DNA of 64,000 bases from an uncultured Micropruina sp. GTDB taxonomy: Bacteria; Actinomycetota; Actinomycetes; Propionibacteriales; Propionibacteriaceae. Positions 47,770 through 57,966 of the stretch are shown in pieces. The stretch's first letter is position 1, and each line of letters starts with the position of its first letter. The translations under genes were made by a program, and so were the position numbers. The notes under the pieces were generated by a model. The model did not search any database, had not been told where the DNA came from, and saw only the letters and a list, made by a program, of their open reading frames with translations. The stretch covers positions 2,448-66,447 of the forward strand of contig CAZBMH010000006.1 in assembly GCA_964492685.1 (NCBI GenBank), read 5' to 3'.

Positions 47770-48897
47770 TCAGTGTTGATTCGATGAAGGTTCGACGGTC
47801 TGTCGAGGGAGCCGGAGCGTGAACGTCGCCCCCAGCCCGGGGCCGTCCGAGGCCGCCTCCAGGCTGCCGCCGTGGGCGCGGGCGATGGCCCGGCTGATCG
47901 TGAGGCCCACGCCGGTACCGCCGCTGGAGCGGTCCCGCGCCGTGTCGACGCGGTAGAAGCGCTCGAACAGGTGGGGCAGGTGCTCGGCGGCGATGCCGTC
48001 GCCGGTGTCGATGACGCGCACCGCGACGCTCGGGCCCTCGTCCACGAGCGTCACCTCGACAAGTCCGGACGCGGGCGTGTGCCGCAGGGCGTTGGACAGC
48101 AGATTGCCCAGGACCTGCTGCAGCCGCGCCCGGTCAGCCGAGATCGGCAGGTCGGGGCCGCCCTCGTCGAGCCGGAGTGTCACGCCCTTGCGCTGGTAGG
48201 CCTCGCGGGCAGCCAGGACGGTGCCGGCCACGACGTCGCCGAGCTGGACGCGGGTGGGGGAGAGGTCGAGGCGCCCCTCCTCGGCCGCGGACACGGCCCC
48301 CAGGTCGTCGGCGAGTCGCGAGATCCGGTGCAGCTGGTCGCTGAGGATCTGCCAGGCCTGCGGCCCGGGATCGATCGCCCCGTCCTCGAGGCTCTCGACA
48401 CACACCTCCATGCTGGCCAGCGGCGTGCGGATCTCGTGCGCCAGATCGGTCAGCAGTCGCCGTCGGCTCGCCTCGGTGGCGGCCAGCCGTCCGGCCATGG
48501 TGTTGAAGCTGTCCGCCAATGTGACGAGCTCGCGGGCGTCGGCGGCCTCGACCCGGAGCTCGTAGTCGCCCTCGGAGATCCGCGACGCGGCCGCCCCCAG
48601 GTCGGTCAGGGGCCGACGAAGCCGCCGGGCGGTCACGACGCTGACGAGCGTGGCGCCGGTGGTGGCGATCACCAGGCCCAGGCCCAGCGCCAGCAGACCC
48701 GCGGCGTTGAACGCCTCCACCGAGTGGGCCAGCACCGCCGGGGTGCCGTGGCCCGCCTCGCGCATGTGGTCCTCGAACACCGGCGGCCCCGCGATCACCG
48801 CCACCAGGATCATGGTGAGCGCCATCGTGAGGGACACCGCCAGCTGGGAGAGCAGCAGCCGGCTGACGATGCTGCCGGGGGCTCGTCGCCCGGTCAT
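47770..48897 (-). CDS. Sensor histidine kinase (CopS-like)
   Basis: Two TMs, His/Met-containing loop, HAMP, AHEIRTPL, NLLSNA, D.G.G, F.RFYR, GTGVGL. Confidence 0.93.
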   Translation of the reverse strand: MTGRRAPGSIVSRLLLSQLAVSLTMALTMILVAVIAGPPVFEDHMREAGHGTPAVLAHSVEAFNAAGLLALGLGLVIATTGATLVSVVTARRLRRPLTDLGAAASRISEGDYELRVEAADARELVTLADSFNTMAGRLAATEASRRRLLTDLAHEIRTPLASMEVCVESLEDGAIDPGPQAWQILSDQLHRISRLADDLGAVSAAEEGRLDLSPTRVQLGDVVAGTVLAAREAYQRKGVTLRLDEGGPDLPISADRARLQQVLGNLLSNALRHTPASGLVEVTLVDEGPSVAVRVIDTGDGIAAEHLPHLFERFYRVDTARDRSSGGTGVGLTISRAIARAHGGSLEAASDGPGLGATFTLRLPRQTVEPSSNQH

Positions 48898-49610
48898 CGG
48901 CAGGTCCCAAGGCGATAGCCGACGCCGCGCAGCGTGTCCACGAAGGCGAGGTCCGCCACCGCCGCCAGCTTGCGCCGCAGGTGCCCGATGTGGACGTCCA
49001 CCAGGTGCTCGTCGCCGACCCAGCCCGGCCCCCACACGGCCGCGATCAGCTCGGCGCGGGTGAAGGCGGCGTGGGGACGCGCTGAGAGAGCGTCCAGCAG
49101 GCCGAACTCGATGCGGGTCAGCTCCGTTGCCACTCCGGCGACCTCGACCCGGCGCGCCACCGAATCCACCCGAAGGGCGCCGACGAGGCGGGGCGGCTCC
49201 TCGACCACCCGGTCCGCCCGTGGCCGGCGCAGCAGCACCTCGACGCGGGCCACCAGCTCGCGGGCGCTGAACGGCTTGGTCATGTAGTCGTCGGCACCGG
49301 CGGACAGACCGGTCAGCTTGTCGTCCTCGTCGCTGCGGGCCGTCAACATCAGCACGTAGCAGTCGGACGTGCGACGGATCTCGCGGCACACCTCCACCCC
49401 GTCCATGCCCGGCAGCCCGAGATCCAGGACGACGACGTCGGGCGAGTCGGCGCGCGACACCGCCAGGGCGCCGGGGCCGTCGTGGGCCACCGAGGTGCGG
49501 TACCCGGCCCGCTGCAGGTAATTGGCAACCATGCCGGCCAGGACGGTCTCGTCGTCCACCACCAGGACGTGGGCCGGGGAGGCGGGAGGCTGATTCATGA
49601 CCGCCATCAT
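48894..49610 (-). CDS. OmpR-family response regulator (CopR-like)
   Basis: VVDDE, LDL.LPG.DG, GADDY..KPF, VDVHI..LRRKL, RGVGYR. Confidence 0.95.
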   Translation of the reverse strand: MMAVMNQPPASPAHVLVVDDETVLAGMVANYLQRAGYRTSVAHDGPGALAVSRADSPDVVVLDLGLPGMDGVEVCREIRRTSDCYVLMLTARSDEDDKLTGLSAGADDYMTKPFSARELVARVEVLLRRPRADRVVEEPPRLVGALRVDSVARRVEVAGVATELTRIEFGLLDALSARPHAAFTRAELIAAVWGPGWVGDEHLVDVHIGHLRRKLAAVADLAFVDTLRGVGYRLGTCR

Positions 49611-49663
49611 GCCCCTCGCCGGGAGTCAGGTCAGCCGCGCCGCGTGCGGACGCAGGGCGGGGC

Positions 49664-50689
49664 CTACTCGAAGGCCGCGACCGCCTCGGCCGAGCCGGAC
49701 ACGATGAGGTGCTCCCCGACGGCGAGCACCCGCTGGTCGCCCGGGTTTGGCTCGTAGCCGCCGGCCACCGGAATGATCGCGAGGGTGAAGACGCCCTGGG
49801 TGCGCAGGGTCCCGATGCTCTTGCCCACCAACGGGCCGTCCGCGGTGACGCTCAGCTCCTCCAGCGTGTAGGGCAGGTCGCGCCGCGTCAGGGCGGCGTC
49901 GACGAACTCGACCACCCGCGGCCGCAGCGCCAGGTTGGCGATCCGGCGACCGGCCATCGTGTAGGGCGAGATGGCCCGGTCGGCACCCGCCTGGCGCAGC
50001 TTCCGGACGACGGCCTCGTCCCCGGCCCGTCCGACGATGAACAGCCCGGGATTGAGCGCGCGGGCGGTGATCGTGACGTAGACGTTCTGCGCGTCGGAGT
50101 CGATGCAGCTCACCAGCCCCTTGGCCCGCTGGGCCCCGGCCCGCGTGAGGACCGCATCGGACGACCCGTCGCCGTGCACGACGCGGTAGCCGTCCGCCTC
50201 GGCGCGGGCCAGCGAGTCCTCCCGGACGTCGAGGACGACCACCTGCTCGCCCTCGGCCTGCAATTCCTTGGCGACCAGCGAACCGACCCGCCCGTATCCG
50301 CAGACGATGAAGTGGCCACTGAGTGCGTCGATGGAGCGCTGCATGATGCGTTTGCCTCTCTGTCCGCTGGCCACCTCGGCCATCATTCTCTCGGCCACGA
50401 TGCCGACGGTGCCGAAGATGAGGCCGATCGCGCCGATCGACAGGATCATCGTCCACACCATGCCCGCGGGGCTCAGCGGATGCACCTCGCGGAACCCCGT
50501 GGTGGTCAGCGTGACCACAGACATGTAGAGCGCGTCCAGAAAGACCCAGCCCTCGATGAGCATGTAGCCAAGCGCGCCCGTGAAGGCGACCAGGGCCACG
50601 ACCAGGATCCAGACCGAGACCGTGAACATCGGCCCTCGCCAACGTTGCCGCGGCGGCCAGCCGGAATCGGGAAGGACCACGTTCCGCAT
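49664..50689 (-). CDS. Two-TM K+ channel with RCK/TrkA domains
   Basis: DALY...T.TT.GF pore, CGYGRVG, GD.S, TrkA-C tail. Confidence 0.88.
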   Translation of the reverse strand: MRNVVLPDSGWPPRQRWRGPMFTVSVWILVVALVAFTGALGYMLIEGWVFLDALYMSVVTLTTTGFREVHPLSPAGMVWTMILSIGAIGLIFGTVGIVAERMMAEVASGQRGKRIMQRSIDALSGHFIVCGYGRVGSLVAKELQAEGEQVVVLDVREDSLARAEADGYRVVHGDGSSDAVLTRAGAQRAKGLVSCIDSDAQNVYVTITARALNPGLFIVGRAGDEAVVRKLRQAGADRAISPYTMAGRRIANLALRPRVVEFVDAALTRRDLPYTLEELSVTADGPLVGKSIGTLRTQGVFTLAIIPVAGGYEPNPGDQRVLAVGEHLIVSGSAEAVAAFE

Positions 50690-50756
50690 CCTAGGGCGCG
50701 CACCCGTGGCTCGTCGCTAGCAGCGCCCGCATCGGGCAGGGAGGGGATGCGTCAGC

Positions 50757-51221
50757 TCAGGCGAGAGCGGCGCGAACCTTCGCGGCGACCAGGGTGCCGT
50801 CGGCGCGGCCGGCGATCCGGGCACCGACGGCCTTCATGGTCGGGCCCATCAGTCGCATGGACGCCGGGGTGCCGTCGGCGGTCAGCCGGGCGACCTCCTC
50901 GGCGACGATCGCGTCCACCTCGGACTCGGGGAGTTCCGCCGGCAGGTACGCCGACAGGATCCGGATGCCCTCTTGCTCCTTGGCGACGAGATCCTCGCGG
51001 CCGCCCGCGGCGTAAGCCTCGACCGAGTCCTTGCCCTTGGCGACCTCCTTGGCCACGACGGCCAGCTCCTCCGCCTCGGTCAGCTCGCGCTTGACCTTGC
51101 CGGCGACCTGCGCGTTCTGGATCGCGGCCAACGCCATCCGCAGCGAGCTCGCCACCGAGGAGTCCTGCGCCCTGATCGCGGCGGTCAGATCGGTCTGGAT
51201 CCGGTCCAGCAGAGCAGCCAT
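50757..51221 (-). CDS. GatB/YqeY domain protein
   Basis: DL..A..A.D, LR....AI, GR.DL..KE, YLP, MG..MK, GRADG. Confidence 0.92.
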   Translation of the reverse strand: MAALLDRIQTDLTAAIRAQDSSVASSLRMALAAIQNAQVAGKVKRELTEAEELAVVAKEVAKGKDSVEAYAAGGREDLVAKEQEGIRILSAYLPAELPESEVDAIVAEEVARLTADGTPASMRLMGPTMKAVGARIAGRADGTLVAAKVRAALA

Positions 51222-51312
51222 GGTGAAGTCCTTTCGTCGCTCGACATCATGCCATCCGGGGCGGGGCCGCCCTACCCTGGGGGAGCCGGCCCCATCGACC
51301 ACCGGCCCCACC

Positions 51313-51924
51313 ATGACCCATCGCCTCTTCGTCGCCCTGCCGATCCCGGCCCGGATTCGCGACACCCTCGACAGCTTCGTCACGCCCCGGCGGGACGCCG
51401 ACCCGGCGTTGCGCTTCGTCCCCGCGGAGAATTGGCACCTCACCCTGGCCTTCCTGGGGGACGTCCCCGAGGATCGCCACGACCGCCTGATTGCCGGGCT
51501 GCGCGACGTCGCCACCCACTCCCGCGAGCTGGCCGTCACGCTGGAGGGCGGCGGTGCGTTCCCGCACCCAGGAGCCGCCCGGGTGATCTGGCTGGGCGCC
51601 GCCCACGGCGAGCCGGGCCTGGCCACCCTCGCGCGGCGCGTGCGCCAGGCCTGCGCGCGGGCCGCCGTGCCCCACGAGGGCGGGCAATTCACCGCCCACC
51701 TCACCCTGGCGCGGGCCAACCAGCCGCAGCGCGTCGATCGGTGGCTCACGATCGTGGACGCGATCCCGCCGCTGTCGTGGCTGGTCAGCGGGTTCACCCT
51801 CGTCGAGTCGACACTCAGCCGCGGCGGCTCGATCTACCGCCCGGTGGCGGAATTCACCTTCGGCGCCCGGCCGCGTCCGTTATCTGGCACCCCAGCCGAT
51901 CCGGACCAGCCGCGGCTAGCCTGA
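51313..51924 (+). CDS. thpR: RNA 2',3'-cyclic phosphodiesterase
   Basis: RLFVAL, two HLTL motifs. Confidence 0.9.
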   Translation: MTHRLFVALPIPARIRDTLDSFVTPRRDADPALRFVPAENWHLTLAFLGDVPEDRHDRLIAGLRDVATHSRELAVTLEGGGAFPHPGAARVIWLGAAHGEPGLATLARRVRQACARAAVPHEGGQFTAHLTLARANQPQRVDRWLTIVDAIPPLSWLVSGFTLVESTLSRGGSIYRPVAEFTFGARPRPLSGTPADPDQPRLA

Positions 51925-51953
51925 CGAGACCATCTCGGCGAAAGCGATCTGCC

Positions 51954-53243
51954 ATGACCTATCAGCCCGAAACCCTGGCCGTGCACGCGGGTCAGGAGAC
52001 CGCGGACCCGACCACGAACAGTCGCGCCGTCCCGATCTACCAGACGACCTCCTACGTGTTCAACGACACCGAGCACGCCGCGGACCTGTTCGCACTGAGG
52101 ACGCCGGGCAACATCTACACCCGCATCATGAACCCCACCCAGTCGGTGTTCGAGGAGCGCATGACCGCCCTCGAGGGCGGCGTCGGCGCGCTCGCCACCG
52201 CCTCGGGTGCGGCCGCGATCACGTACGCCGTGCTGAACCTCGCCACCGCCGGCGACAACATCGTGTCCATGTCCACGCTGTACGGCGGCACGTACGCCCT
52301 GTTCGCGCACACGCTGCCGCAGTTCGGCGTCGAGTGCCGCTTCGTCGACCCCGATCACCCCGAGCGCCTCGCCGAGCTCGTGGACGAGCGGACGAAGCTC
52401 GTCTTCGGCGAGACCATCGGCAACCCGCAGCTGAACGTCCTCGACCTCGACGCCTGGGCGGAGGCCGCCCACGCCCAGGGACTGCCCCTGATCATCGACA
52501 ACACGGTGCCCAGCCCGCTGCTGTGCCGGGTTTTCGATCACGGCGTGGACGTCGCCATCCACTCCGCGACCAAGTACATCGGTGGCCACGGCACGAGCAT
52601 CGGCGGCGTCATCATCGACTCCGGCCGCTTCGACTGGACTGCCAACGCCGAGCGCTTCGCGAACCTGACCGGACCCGACCACGCCTACCACGAGGTCGTC
52701 TGGACCGAGGCGGCCGGGGCCGCGGCCTACATCATCCGGGCCCGGACCGTCATGCTCCGCAACACCGGGGCCGCGATCACCCCCATGAACTCGTGGCTCT
52801 TCCTGCAGGGGCTGGAGACGCTGCACCTGCGGATGGAGCGTCACTCGTCCAACGCGCTGGCCGTCGCCCGGCACCTGGAGGCCCATCCGGCGGTGGCGTG
52901 GGTCAACTACGCCGGCCTGGAGTCGTCGCCCTGGCACGGGGTGGCCGACCGGGTTCTCACCGGCCGGGGCTACGGCGGCCTGGTGTCGTTCGGCCTCAAG
53001 GCGGGCCGCGCGGCCGGCTCGCGCTTCGTGGAGTCGCTGCAGCTGTTCAGCCACCTGGCCAACATCGGCGACGCCAAGTCGCTCGTGATCCACAGCGCAT
53101 CCACCACCCACAGCCAGCTGACCGAGGACGAGCTGCGCGACGCGGGGGTGGCGCCGGAGATGGTGCGGCTGTCGGTCGGCATCGAGTCGATCGACGACAT
53201 CATCGCCGACCTCGACCAGGCGCTCGCGGCGCTGGATCAGTGA
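51954..53243 (+). CDS. metY: O-acetylhomoserine sulfhydrylase
   Basis: PIYQTTSY, YTRIMNPT, HSATKYIGGHG, ANIGD.KSL. Confidence 0.95.
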   Translation: MTYQPETLAVHAGQETADPTTNSRAVPIYQTTSYVFNDTEHAADLFALRTPGNIYTRIMNPTQSVFEERMTALEGGVGALATASGAAAITYAVLNLATAGDNIVSMSTLYGGTYALFAHTLPQFGVECRFVDPDHPERLAELVDERTKLVFGETIGNPQLNVLDLDAWAEAAHAQGLPLIIDNTVPSPLLCRVFDHGVDVAIHSATKYIGGHGTSIGGVIIDSGRFDWTANAERFANLTGPDHAYHEVVWTEAAGAAAYIIRARTVMLRNTGAAITPMNSWLFLQGLETLHLRMERHSSNALAVARHLEAHPAVAWVNYAGLESSPWHGVADRVLTGRGYGGLVSFGLKAGRAAGSRFVESLQLFSHLANIGDAKSLVIHSASTTHSQLTEDELRDAGVAPEMVRLSVGIESIDDIIADLDQALAALDQ

Positions 53244-54379
53244 CCCACGATCCGGGGTCGGTCGGGGTCGTCCAGACCCGGACCGTCGAGCTGTTCACCC
53301 CCGAACGCCCGCTGCTGTTGACGAGCGGGGAGCGCCTGGACCGGGTCGAGGTGGCGTACGAGACCTACGGCACGCTGTCGGCCGCCGCGGACAACGCCGT
53401 GATGATCTGCCATGCGCTGACCGGCGACGCCCACGCGGCGGGCTTCCATGCGGGCGCCCGGCGGCCCGGCTGGTGGGACAACCTGATCGGGCCGGGCAAG
53501 CCGGTCGACACGGATCGGTTGTTCGTCATCTCGGCCAACCTGTTGGGCGGCTGCCAGGGCACGACCGGGCCCGGGTCGATCAACCCGGCGACCGGCGACA
53601 TCTTCGGGCTCGACTTCCCGCTGCTCGACGTCGCCGACTTCGTCGCCGTCCACCGCGCCCTGATGGCCCACCTCGGGGTGGAACGTCTGCTGGCGGCGAT
53701 CGGCGGGTCGCTGGGCGGCATGCAGGTGTTGGAGTGGGCGCTGGCCCACCCGGAGGACCTCTCCCACGCCGTCATCGTGGCCGCGTCGTCCCGCCTCACC
53801 GCCCAGAACATCGCCTTCTCCGCGGTGGCTCGGCGGGCGATCATGGACGACCCGAACTTCCGCGGCGGGCGTTACGCCGCCGACGACACCAATCCGGACC
53901 TGGGCCTGAGGACCGCCCGCATGATGGCCCACATCACCTACCTCTCCGAGGAGGCGCTGGACGAGAAGTTTGGCCGCGACGCCCACCCCGGGGGTGAGCC
54001 CGGCTTCGGCATCGACTTCGCGGTGGAGAGCTACCTCGACCACCAGGGCAAGGTGTTCCTGGAGCGCTTCGACGCGCTGAGCTACCTGTATCTCAGCCGG
54101 GTGATGGACTACTTCGACCCGTTCTCGGTCCCGGAACGCTTCGCGGCGCTGGCCGAGCACCGGGTTCGGTTCCTGGTGATGTCGTTCGACACGGACTGGC
54201 GGTTCAGCACGGCCCACAGCCGCCGCATCGTGCGGCGATTGGAGCACGCCGACCAGGACGTCACGTTCCGCGAGATCGCCTCGCCCTGGGGCCACGACTC
54301 GTTCCTGCTGGAGATCCCCGCCTACCACGACACGATCCGTGCCTTCCTGGAGCACGCCCTCGAGGAGGCCCGGCGATGA
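53240..54379 (+). CDS. metX: Homoserine O-acetyltransferase
   Basis: CHALTGD.H, GGC.G.TGP, GGSLGGMQ, GHDSFL. Confidence 0.95.
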   Translation: MTHDPGSVGVVQTRTVELFTPERPLLLTSGERLDRVEVAYETYGTLSAAADNAVMICHALTGDAHAAGFHAGARRPGWWDNLIGPGKPVDTDRLFVISANLLGGCQGTTGPGSINPATGDIFGLDFPLLDVADFVAVHRALMAHLGVERLLAAIGGSLGGMQVLEWALAHPEDLSHAVIVAASSRLTAQNIAFSAVARRAIMDDPNFRGGRYAADDTNPDLGLRTARMMAHITYLSEEALDEKFGRDAHPGGEPGFGIDFAVESYLDHQGKVFLERFDALSYLYLSRVMDYFDPFSVPERFAALAEHRVRFLVMSFDTDWRFSTAHSRRIVRRLEHADQDVTFREIASPWGHDSFLLEIPAYHDTIRAFLEHALEEARR

Positions 54380-54969
54380 CGCTGCGACCCGACCTGGCCC
54401 TGGTGGCCGACCTCGTCCCGGGCGGCACCCGGGTGCTCGATCTCGGCTGCGGCCCCGGGACGCTGCTGCGGCACCTCATCGACGCGAAGGCGTGCCGGGG
54501 CACGGGGGTGGAGATCGACGCCGGTTCGGTGCTGGCTGCGGTGCGCTCCGGCGTCCCGGTGATCGAGCTGGACCTGGACGAGCAACTCGACCAGTTCAGC
54601 GACGCGTCCTACGACGTCGTCGTCCTCTCGCGCACGCTGCAGACGATCCGGCGACCCGAGGAGGTGCTGCAGCACATGGCGCGCATCGGGCCGAAGCTGA
54701 TCGTGTCGGTGCCCAACTTCGGCTGGTGGCGGCACCGGCTGCGGCTCATCGGCGGCCGGATGCCGATGTCGAAGGAACTGCCCTACGCCTGGTACAACAC
54801 GCCCAACCTGCGGTTCACCACGCTGCTGGACCTGGAGGACCTGTTCGCGAAGCTCGGCCTGACGATCGAGCGCCGCATCCCCACCAACATCCAGGGACAG
54901 CCGTTGCGCACCGACCAGGCGGCCAACCTGCTCGCCGGCGCGGCCGTCTACCTGCTGGGGCGGGACTGA
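54376..54969 (+). CDS. metW: Methionine biosynthesis protein MetW
   Basis: RPDL, LDLGCG, S.PNFG.W, GRMP, LPY.WY.TPN. Confidence 0.93.
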   Translation: MTLRPDLALVADLVPGGTRVLDLGCGPGTLLRHLIDAKACRGTGVEIDAGSVLAAVRSGVPVIELDLDEQLDQFSDASYDVVVLSRTLQTIRRPEEVLQHMARIGPKLIVSVPNFGWWRHRLRLIGGRMPMSKELPYAWYNTPNLRFTTLLDLEDLFAKLGLTIERRIPTNIQGQPLRTDQAANLLAGAAVYLLGRD

Positions 54970-55887
54970 TCAGGCGGCGTTGCCCGCCAGTGCGGCCAGC
55001 AGCCGCTCCGCCGCGCCGCCGAGGTTGAGCGCCTCGGCCAGGTCGGCGAAGCCGTCCGGATCCGCGGGGGCGGCCCCCAGCTCCAGGGCGTCCCAGCCCA
55101 GGGGGAGCGCCAGGTCGGTGCGGACGCCCACGACCTCGCGCGCGGCCCCCAGGTAGTCCATGCCGGCCCGGAGCTTCGCCCCGACCCCCGGGGCTACCCG
55201 ACCTGCGGCCACCGCGGCCATCACGCCCTCCAGGTCCCCGTGACCGGCGATCAGCGCCGCCGCCGTCTTCTCACCGATGCCCGAGACACCCGGCAGTCCG
55301 TCGGAGGCGTCGCCGCGCAGGGTCGCGAAGTCGGCGTACTGGGCGCCGGTGATGCCGTACTTGGCGGCCAGCCACTCGTCGGTCACCCGCTCATGCTTGG
55401 CCACGCCCCGTACGACCGACAGCACCCGGACGCGGCGTTCGTCGTCCACGAGCTGGAAGAGGTCCCGATCCCCGGTGACGATGTCGACCGGCATCGGGGC
55501 GGTGGCGGCCAGCGTGCCGATGACGTCGTCGGCCTCCATGCCGGCGACCCCGACCACGGGCAGCCCCAGCGTGTGCAGCACCGCCCGGATCAGCGGGATC
55601 TGGCCCACCAGCTCGTCGGGGACCACCTCCACGTCGCCGTGGGCCACCCGGTGCGCCTTGTAGGAGGGGACGAGCGCGACCCGCCACGCCGGCCGCCAGG
55701 CCTCGTCCCAGCAGCACGCCAGGTGGGTGGGCCGATACTCGCTGATGAAGCGCGCCAGGAAGTCGGTCAGCCCCCGGACGGCGTTGACCTGCTGCCCCTC
55801 CAGACCGCGAAGACTGCTGGGTAGACCGTAAAAAGCCCGGAAATATAGGCCCGCCGTGTCCACCAAGAGCAAAGATTTCGCGCGCAT
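54970..55887 (-). CDS. Stand-alone 5'-3' exonuclease (flap endonuclease)
   Basis: YFRAF, YKAHR, EADDVIG, TGDRD..QL, RGD.SD.LPGV.GIGEKTA. Confidence 0.93.
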   Translation of the reverse strand: MRAKSLLLVDTAGLYFRAFYGLPSSLRGLEGQQVNAVRGLTDFLARFISEYRPTHLACCWDEAWRPAWRVALVPSYKAHRVAHGDVEVVPDELVGQIPLIRAVLHTLGLPVVGVAGMEADDVIGTLAATAPMPVDIVTGDRDLFQLVDDERRVRVLSVVRGVAKHERVTDEWLAAKYGITGAQYADFATLRGDASDGLPGVSGIGEKTAAALIAGHGDLEGVMAAVAAGRVAPGVGAKLRAGMDYLGAAREVVGVRTDLALPLGWDALELGAAPADPDGFADLAEALNLGGAAERLLAALAGNAA

Positions 55888-55912
55888 CGACCAATAGTGC
55901 CACGATGGCATC

Positions 55913-56350
55913 ATGGAGACCATTGACCGGCAGATCCTCGGCCTGCTGGCCCGTGACGGGCGGATGTCGTACACCGACATCGGCCGCGAGACCGGCCTGT
56001 CGACCTCGGCGGCGCAGCAGCGGGTGCGGCGGCTGGAGCAGCGCGGCATCATCACCGGCTACCGGGCGACGATCGATCCGGGGGCCCTCGGGAAGCTCCT
56101 CACGGCCTTCATCTCGATGCGGGCCTCGGACCCGACCCTGGAGGACCAGATCCCGCAGCGGCTGGCGCATCTGCCCGGCGCGGTCTCCTGCTTCTCCGTC
56201 GCGGGGGAGGCGAGCCACCTGCTCATGGTCCAGGTCGCGACCCCCACCGAGCTGGAGGCCCTCTTGACGCAGATCCGCTCGACAGCCGGGGTGTCGACCC
56301 ACACCACGTTGGTGCTCTCGGTGCCCTTCCACGATCGTCCGATCGTCTGA
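55913..56350 (+). CDS. Lrp/AsnC family regulator
   Basis: D.QIL..L..DGR.S, GLS..A..RV.RL...G.I.GY. Confidence 0.93.
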   Translation: METIDRQILGLLARDGRMSYTDIGRETGLSTSAAQQRVRRLEQRGIITGYRATIDPGALGKLLTAFISMRASDPTLEDQIPQRLAHLPGAVSCFSVAGEASHLLMVQVATPTELEALLTQIRSTAGVSTHTTLVLSVPFHDRPIV

Positions 56351-56373
56351 GGACGTCCGGGTACAGTCGCTCC

Positions 56374-57966
56374 GTGATCGACCGCCTGCGCGCCCTGCCG
56401 GCCTGGCTCCGGTGCTCGCTGGCCCTGCTGGCCGGGGTCCCGGCCGCCTTCGGCTTCGCCCCCCACGGCTGGTGGCCCCTCACCATCGGGTCCGTCGCCG
56501 CGCTGTCGCTGCTCTCGCTGACCGCTCCCCGCGCCCGGGTGGCGCTCCTGACCGGCTACTGCTGGGGCCTGGGGTTCCTCGGCCCCGCGTTGCGGTGGAT
56601 GTCGGTGATCTTCGTGGAGGCCATGCTCGGCCTCGTGGCCATGGAGGCCCTGTTCTTCGCCGCCCTGGGGCTGGGGCTGTGGCTCACCCGACACCGCCGC
56701 GCCTGGCCGCTGATCGCCGCGGGGCTGTGGCTGGGCGCCGAGTTCAGCTACGCCCGGGTTCCCTTCGAGGGCTTCGGCTGGATGCGGCTGGCCTACGCCA
56801 TGATCGATACCCCGCTGGCCGGCTTCCTGCCGCTGGTCGGGGTTCCGGGGGTGAGCCTGCTGACGGCGCTGGTCGCGCAGCTTCCGGCCTGGTGGCTGCG
56901 TGCCCGCCCGTCGCTGCGGTCCGGCGGGCTGGTCGCCGGGGGAGTGGCGCTGCTGCTCGCCGTGGGCGCCGTCGCGACCACCTGGACGCCGCCCGCCGGG
57001 ACCGAGTCCGTCCGGGTCGGCTACGTGCAGGGCAACGCCCCCGGGGGCGGCATCTACGGGCTGGGGGAAGCGCGGACCATCACCCGCAACCACGTCGCCG
57101 AGACCGCGCGGCTGATGGCCGCGGTGAACGCCGGGTCCTTGCCGCGACCGGACTTCGTGGTCTGGCCCGAGAACGGCACGGACGTCGACCCGTTCCTCGA
57201 CGCGACCACCGCGTCCCTGGTGCGGCAGGCGCGGGACGTGGTGGGTGTCCCGCTGCTCATCGGCTCGATCACGGACGGGCCGGGCGCCAACGAGCGTCAG
57301 ACGGCAGCGCTCTGGTACGACCCGACGCTCGGCGTGACCGCCCGCTACAACAAGCGCAACATCGTCCCATTCGGCGAATGGGTGCCCTACCGGTCGATCC
57401 TCGAACCGCTGTTCCCGGTGGTGCGTTACGTCGGCCCGCAGTCGGTTCCCGGGACAGTCCCGGGTGTGCTCCGGGTGCAGGTCGCCGACCAGCCGCTGGC
57501 GGTGGGGGACCTGATCTGCTTCGAGGTGGCCTTCGACGCCACCGTGCGCGACACGGTCACCAGTGGCGCGGAGGTGCTCCTGGTGCAGAGCTCCAACGCC
57601 ATGTACACCGGCACCGATCAGGTGCACCAGCAGTTCGCGATCACGCGCGCCCGGGCGGCCGAGCTGCGCCGCGAGATCCTGGTGGTTACCACCACGGGGA
57701 TCAGCGGCCTCATCCGCCCCGACGGCAGCGTCGCGCTTCGGCTCCCCGAGCATGTGCCGGCCTCCGGCGTCGTCGCCCTGCCGCGCCGCACCACCCTCAC
57801 CCCGGCCGTCACGCTCTCGGCGGGGCTGGAGCTCGCGGTGCTCCTGACCACCGTGGCCGCGCTGGCCTGGCCGATCGTGCGGCGGTCCGGGCGCGGGCGT
57901 CGGACCGGGCTGGTCGCCGCGGTGCGGCAGAATGGTGAGACACATCGCCTTCCGGAGGACACATGA
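56374..57966 (+). CDS. lnt: Apolipoprotein N-acyltransferase
   Basis: QGN, WPE, Y.K..VPFGE, ICFE, Q...RA.E. Confidence 0.95.
   Translation: MIDRLRALPAWLRCSLALLAGVPAAFGFAPHGWWPLTIGSVAALSLLSLTAPRARVALLTGYCWGLGFLGPALRWMSVIFVEAMLGLVAMEALFFAALGLGLWLTRHRRAWPLIAAGLWLGAEFSYARVPFEGFGWMRLAYAMIDTPLAGFLPLVGVPGVSLLTALVAQLPAWWLRARPSLRSGGLVAGGVALLLAVGAVATTWTPPAGTESVRVGYVQGNAPGGGIYGLGEARTITRNHVAETARLMAAVNAGSLPRPDFVVWPENGTDVDPFLDATTASLVRQARDVVGVPLLIGSITDGPGANERQTAALWYDPTLGVTARYNKRNIVPFGEWVPYRSILEPLFPVVRYVGPQSVPGTVPGVLRVQVADQPLAVGDLICFEVAFDATVRDTVTSGAEVLLVQSSNAMYTGTDQVHQQFAITRARAAELRREILVVTTTGISGLIRPDGSVALRLPEHVPASGVVALPRRTTLTPAVTLSAGLELAVLLTTVAALAWPIVRRSGRGRRTGLVAAVRQNGETHRLPEDT

Noticed and set aside
51880-51953. 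SAM riboswitch before metY
   Set aside because: Only 29 nt intergenic and no SAM-I/IV core recognisable by eye; an Rfam scan would be needed
50973-54379. Long N-terminal extensions or fusions of metY (756 aa) and metX (681 aa)
   Set aside because: The extensions are alternative frames of neighbouring genes; homology begins at 51954 and 53240
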